IMG/VR virus record: IMGVR_UViG_3300025874_000001
Location: 1 to 35,863 of that record
Direction: 5' to 3' (one strand)
Length of the DNA stretch: 35,863 nt
From: a virus
In this document: positions 33,591 to 35,863 of the stretch, piece after piece
Numbering within the stretch: position 1 is the first letter of the stretch
How the letters are laid out: every line of letters begins with the position of its first letter
Made by a program: the position numbers and the translations under genes
Notes under the pieces: generated by a model
What the model saw: only the letters and a program-made list of their open reading frames with translations
Database searches by the model: none
What the model was told of the DNA's origin: nothing

Positions 33591-33926
33591 TTACTCCGAC
33601 TCTGCTCTTTCGAGCATCCCTATGGCTATCAACGAGTAGCCAATTAGGTCGCGGAATATGTCCTTGGATTGGTCGCCATTAGTAACTACTTTTAGCTGAC
33701 CATCGTTACAGAAAGCCTTCGCTCTCTGGAATTTGTCCTGCATCCGAATGCATACACCTGTTAAGGGATGAACACCGAACTCGGAGGAGCCGTCAAAGTT
33801 TGCGAAGGGGTTATCGCAGCTTTCGCCTCCTGTGTAATCCGAGCATTTGTGAGCGGTTAGTTCCAAAATGGAACTGACCTCGTCACGCCGGAATGTTTCC
33901 CACCAGATCTTATCGAATGAGGACAT
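33591..33926 (-). CDS. DUF1599-like (all-alpha, MazG-related; nucleotide-modification-associated) protein
   Basis: HKCSDYTGG ... GVCIRMQDKFQRAKAF ... SKDIFRDLIGYSLIAIGMLE matches the K..DYG ... R..DK..R ... D...DL.nY pattern I recall for DUF1599. Confidence 0.45.
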   Translation of the reverse strand: MSSFDKIWWETFRRDEVSSILELTAHKCSDYTGGESCDNPFANFDGSSEFGVHPLTGVCIRMQDKFQRAKAFCNDGQLKVVTNGDQSKDIFRDLIGYSLIAIGMLERAESE

Positions 33927-33928
33927 TC

Positions 33929-34186
33929 TTAGAATGGGGTGTTGTCATTGGTTGGCGCACTTGCAGCTTTTGGCTCAGATGAACCACCGGCTGCTGCTCC
34001 GCCCTCTACTGGATTCAATGCCAGGGAGAGGAAGTTAGTACCGCTCTTGGCCGTCTTCTTCCAGCCCTTGAGGTAGTAGTCCTTACCTTCGACATTAATC
34101 TTCCCGCTGTAGTCAGGATGATTTGGTTTTTCTTTACGGTCATTGACGAAGAATGTACCGGAGTTTGTGTTATCGTATTGTGACAT
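33929..34186 (-). CDS. Mini ssDNA-binding-like protein (85 aa) with an SSB-type C-terminal tip
   Basis: GTFFVNDRKEKPNHPDYSGKINVEGKDYYLKGWKKTAKSGTNFLSLAL has a DUF736-like/OB-like pattern. It is followed by a Gly/Ala/Ser linker and a terminal NDNTPF, comparable to the bacterial SSB DDDIPF. Confidence 0.35.
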   Translation of the reverse strand: MSQYDNTNSGTFFVNDRKEKPNHPDYSGKINVEGKDYYLKGWKKTAKSGTNFLSLALNPVEGGAAAGGSSEPKAASAPTNDNTPF

Positions 34187-34212
34187 AATATTACTTTCGT
34201 TATTGGTTATGA

Positions 34213-34458
34213 TTAGGCGACATCTTCATCCAGCTTTACGGCACGGATGGTTGTGTCAGGTTGTTCTAGCTTGACGCTCAAGTGTTTAGCAAGTGCGTCG
34301 ATCTTCTGATTAAGCAATTGATTCTGCTTATCCAAGAGGTTATTGTGCAGGTGTACTGCTTCAATGTTTTCTTTCATCTCCCCGATGATAGTTTCGTAGT
34401 GGTTGTCCAGCATTTGAATGCTTGAGATGACATCTATGATTTCGTTTCGTAAGTCCAT
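34213..34458 (-). CDS. Coiled-coil protein (81 aa)
   Basis: Internal ATG at 34456-34458 of track ORF 34213-34773 (MDLRNEIIDVISSIQ...). The upstream part of that ORF overlaps the ERF gene out of frame. Confidence 0.45.
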   Translation of the reverse strand: MDLRNEIIDVISSIQMLDNHYETIIGEMKENIEAVHLHNNLLDKQNQLLNQKIDALAKHLSVKLEQPDTTIRAVKLDEDVA

Positions 34459-34486
34459 ATTATTTGTGCGCAACAGAATGTTTCGC

Positions 34487-34963
34487 TTAGAATCCTTGTG
34501 ATTGTTTAGTTGTAGGTTTAGGCAATTTGCTGCCGTGGTCATTAGTAGCGTCCGGATCTTTGGTATCGTCAATAGCAAAGAGTCCATTAAGTGCATATTT
34601 TCTGGCGTAGGATGAGGCACTGCCAGTAATCTGGGCATCGTCCATACCTTTCTTTGTCTCCGCCTCACGAGCGTAGGCATTAACGTGAATCGAGCTATCA
34701 CTGCTATCATCTGTGGATGCAATAACGGCGGTTGACTTGACGTATACCCGGCCACCGACCTCAACCATTTCATCGGTGATTACTAAGGTGCAGGACCACT
34801 CAGCCAGCAATGGCTTGACGGATGTAAGGATGTCCTCAGCGGAACGGTAGCGGTAACCACCGAACTTATTAGTCTGTCCCTTCGGTGCTTTCAAAGAGGA
34901 CTGAATCCCCTGGAGTTTCTTATGTATGTTCATCGTGATTAATTTGGTTTTGTTATTACTCAT
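34487..34963 (-). CDS. erf: ERF-family single-strand annealing protein
   Basis: KFGGYRYRSAEDILTSVKPLL ... ITGSASSYARKYALNGLFAIDD is characteristic of the ERF superfamily. Confidence 0.75.
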   Translation of the reverse strand: MSNNKTKLITMNIHKKLQGIQSSLKAPKGQTNKFGGYRYRSAEDILTSVKPLLAEWSCTLVITDEMVEVGGRVYVKSTAVIASTDDSSDSSIHVNAYAREAETKKGMDDAQITGSASSYARKYALNGLFAIDDTKDPDATNDHGSKLPKPTTKQSQGF

Positions 34964-35402
34964 ATGTTTTTTTGGTTAGTTTACGGAACAGCTCTTTACG
35001 CTGCTTTTGATTTTTACAGGAATCAAGATCACCTTCACTTGCTCCTAGGTCTTTTAACTCTGTGACTTGTTCAGAGGCTGTCAAGGAATTTCCGAACTTT
35101 CTTGTAAGTTGCGTAAGTCCTACGGGATGAAGGACATCGGTCATCTCCTGCTCCAAGTAAGCGGCCATTGCCTCTAAAGTATTTGGCAAATCTTCCTTAT
35201 TACCCTTGCACATCTTGAGGAAAAAGTTCTCAACCTTTCCGAGAAGACTGTTGGCCTGGCGAGAGATTACACCGCGGACCATTCCGGTCTGGTGGTCGTG
35301 ATCCAGCACCCAGTCCTGCGTCTTAATGTCCAAGATGGGACAGGAGATTGGCTTGTTAGCCTCCCGGAACTCCTTGATTTGGTTCTGTGATAAGTAAGTC
35401 AT
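34956..35402 (-). CDS. Endonuclease VII-like (HNH-fold) junction resolvase, cysteine-poor variant
   Basis: VLDHDHQTGMVRGVISRQANSLLGKVEN aligns with T4 endo VII HLDHDH...GKVRGLLCNLCNAAEG. Only one of the four zinc-ligand cysteines is retained. Confidence 0.65.
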   Translation of the reverse strand: MTYLSQNQIKEFREANKPISCPILDIKTQDWVLDHDHQTGMVRGVISRQANSLLGKVENFFLKMCKGNKEDLPNTLEAMAAYLEQEMTDVLHPVGLTQLTRKFGNSLTASEQVTELKDLGASEGDLDSCKNQKQRKELFRKLTKKTYE

Positions 35403-35491
35403 AGGTATGTTGATTTGGTTATAATTAATCCTGAGGCAGTCCCAAGAGAAGCTCCGATGCAGTAAGTTAATCTAGTTTTCCACTCACTCAT
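35399..35491 (-). CDS. Possible 30-aa hydrophobic peptide
   Basis: Hand-translated as MSEWKTRLTYCIGASLGTASGLIITKSTYL. It shares ATGA-type overlaps with both neighbours. Confidence 0.25.
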   Translation of the reverse strand: MSEWKTRLTYCIGASLGTASGLIITKSTYL

Positions 35492-35657
35492 ATTCTGGGT
35501 AGTCATCTCTAAGCCACTCGATGACATCTGTTGCGCCGAACATTAAGTCCCTAATCTCTCCGTCCAGAGAAGTATTAACTCCGATTGCGTTGTCGAGGGC
35601 CTCTCTGGCTTGTTTCATAAGCTCTAGTTTCTGTGTGTATTTTTCTTGGTTCATCAT
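35484..35657 (-). CDS. Hypothetical protein (57 aa)
   Basis: Hand-translated as MMNQEKYTQKLELMKQAREALDNAIGVNTSLDGEIRDLMFGATDVIEWLRDDYPEYE. It starts 8 nt after the stop of the 78-aa gene once the circle is closed. Confidence 0.4.
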   Translation of the reverse strand: MMNQEKYTQKLELMKQAREALDNAIGVNTSLDGEIRDLMFGATDVIEWLRDDYPEYE

Positions 35658-35662
35658 TATTG

Positions 35663-35863
35663 TATTACTCTCCGTTAAGGATGAAAAAGGACGCAGACTT
35701 GCGGATGATCTTGATGGCTTCAGTAGGGGAGATGCAGTAGTCCCGAATCATATCGTCAACCTCAATGCAGAGGGAAGCTAGAGTGAAGAAGTCGAGATGC
35801 CGATCGGATTTAACGTGCGTGATGGTGACGCAGGGATGGTCTTGACCAAATGTTGGCTCCTCG
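35663..35863. repeat. Terminal overlap, copy B (duplicate of 1-201, containing a truncated second copy of CDS 3-239)
   Basis: Base-for-base identity with 1-201. The minus-strand ORF here is cut by the window edge. Confidence 0.95.

Noticed and set aside
34459-34773. N-terminal 105 codons of track ORF 34213-34773
   Set aside because: This part overlaps the well-supported ERF gene in another frame. Only the part from ATG 34458 downstream is taken as a gene.
35521-35781. 86-aa plus-strand ORF
   Set aside because: It lies antisense to the 57-aa ORF and to the duplicated copy of the 78-aa gene. It sits on the opposite strand within a uniformly minus-strand block and has no start context.
1-35863. 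Prophage or temperate lifestyle, tRNA genes
   Set aside because: No integrase, excisionase, CI-like repressor pair or attachment-site features were recognised, and I saw no cloverleaf-like tRNA sequence by eye. Absence cannot be proven without tRNAscan and HMM searches.

Overview
The window is one complete, circularly closed dsDNA phage genome. Bases 1-201 are identical to 35663-35863, so the unit length is 35,662 bp. There are two divergent transcription blocks.

**Rightward (+) late block, 6891-30736:**
- Putative small terminase, then a large terminase.
- Portal, T4-type lysozyme, acidic scaffold and an HK97-like major capsid protein followed by a strong terminator.
- A T7 gp11-like adaptor and a beta-helix spike.
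- A tail protein with a chymotrypsin-like C-terminal domain.
- Small membrane (holin-like) proteins and a T7 gp12-like nozzle.
- Two paralogous tail fibres and three internal/ejection proteins (397, 278 and 1286 aa).

**Leftward (-) early/replication block, 6199 down to 1, continuing by wrap-around from 35662 to 30894:**
- Many small ORFs and a GP88-like protein.
- A TGT/DpdA-like candidate DNA transglycosylase.
- A PD-(D/E)XK exonuclease, an Endo VII-like resolvase and an ERF annealing protein.
- A mini SSB-like protein and a DUF1599-like protein.
- A DnaB-type helicase, a PD-(D/E)XK-like ORF and an HNH-AP2 homing endonuclease.

No RNA polymerase, DNA polymerase, primase, integrase, tRNA or CRISPR array was recognised. 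The 690-bp divergent control region (6200-6890) carries two iteron families and an AT-rich tract, so it is a candidate origin.

The most unusual signal is that at least five single-gene units are bracketed by short direct repeats sitting exactly on gene starts or ends. These units are the DpdA-like gene, a 94-aa gene, the GP88-like gene, a 52-aa gene and the second tail fibre. This suggests boundary-sequence-mediated cassette shuffling.

All functional calls are motif recognition by eye and need HMM or structure searches.
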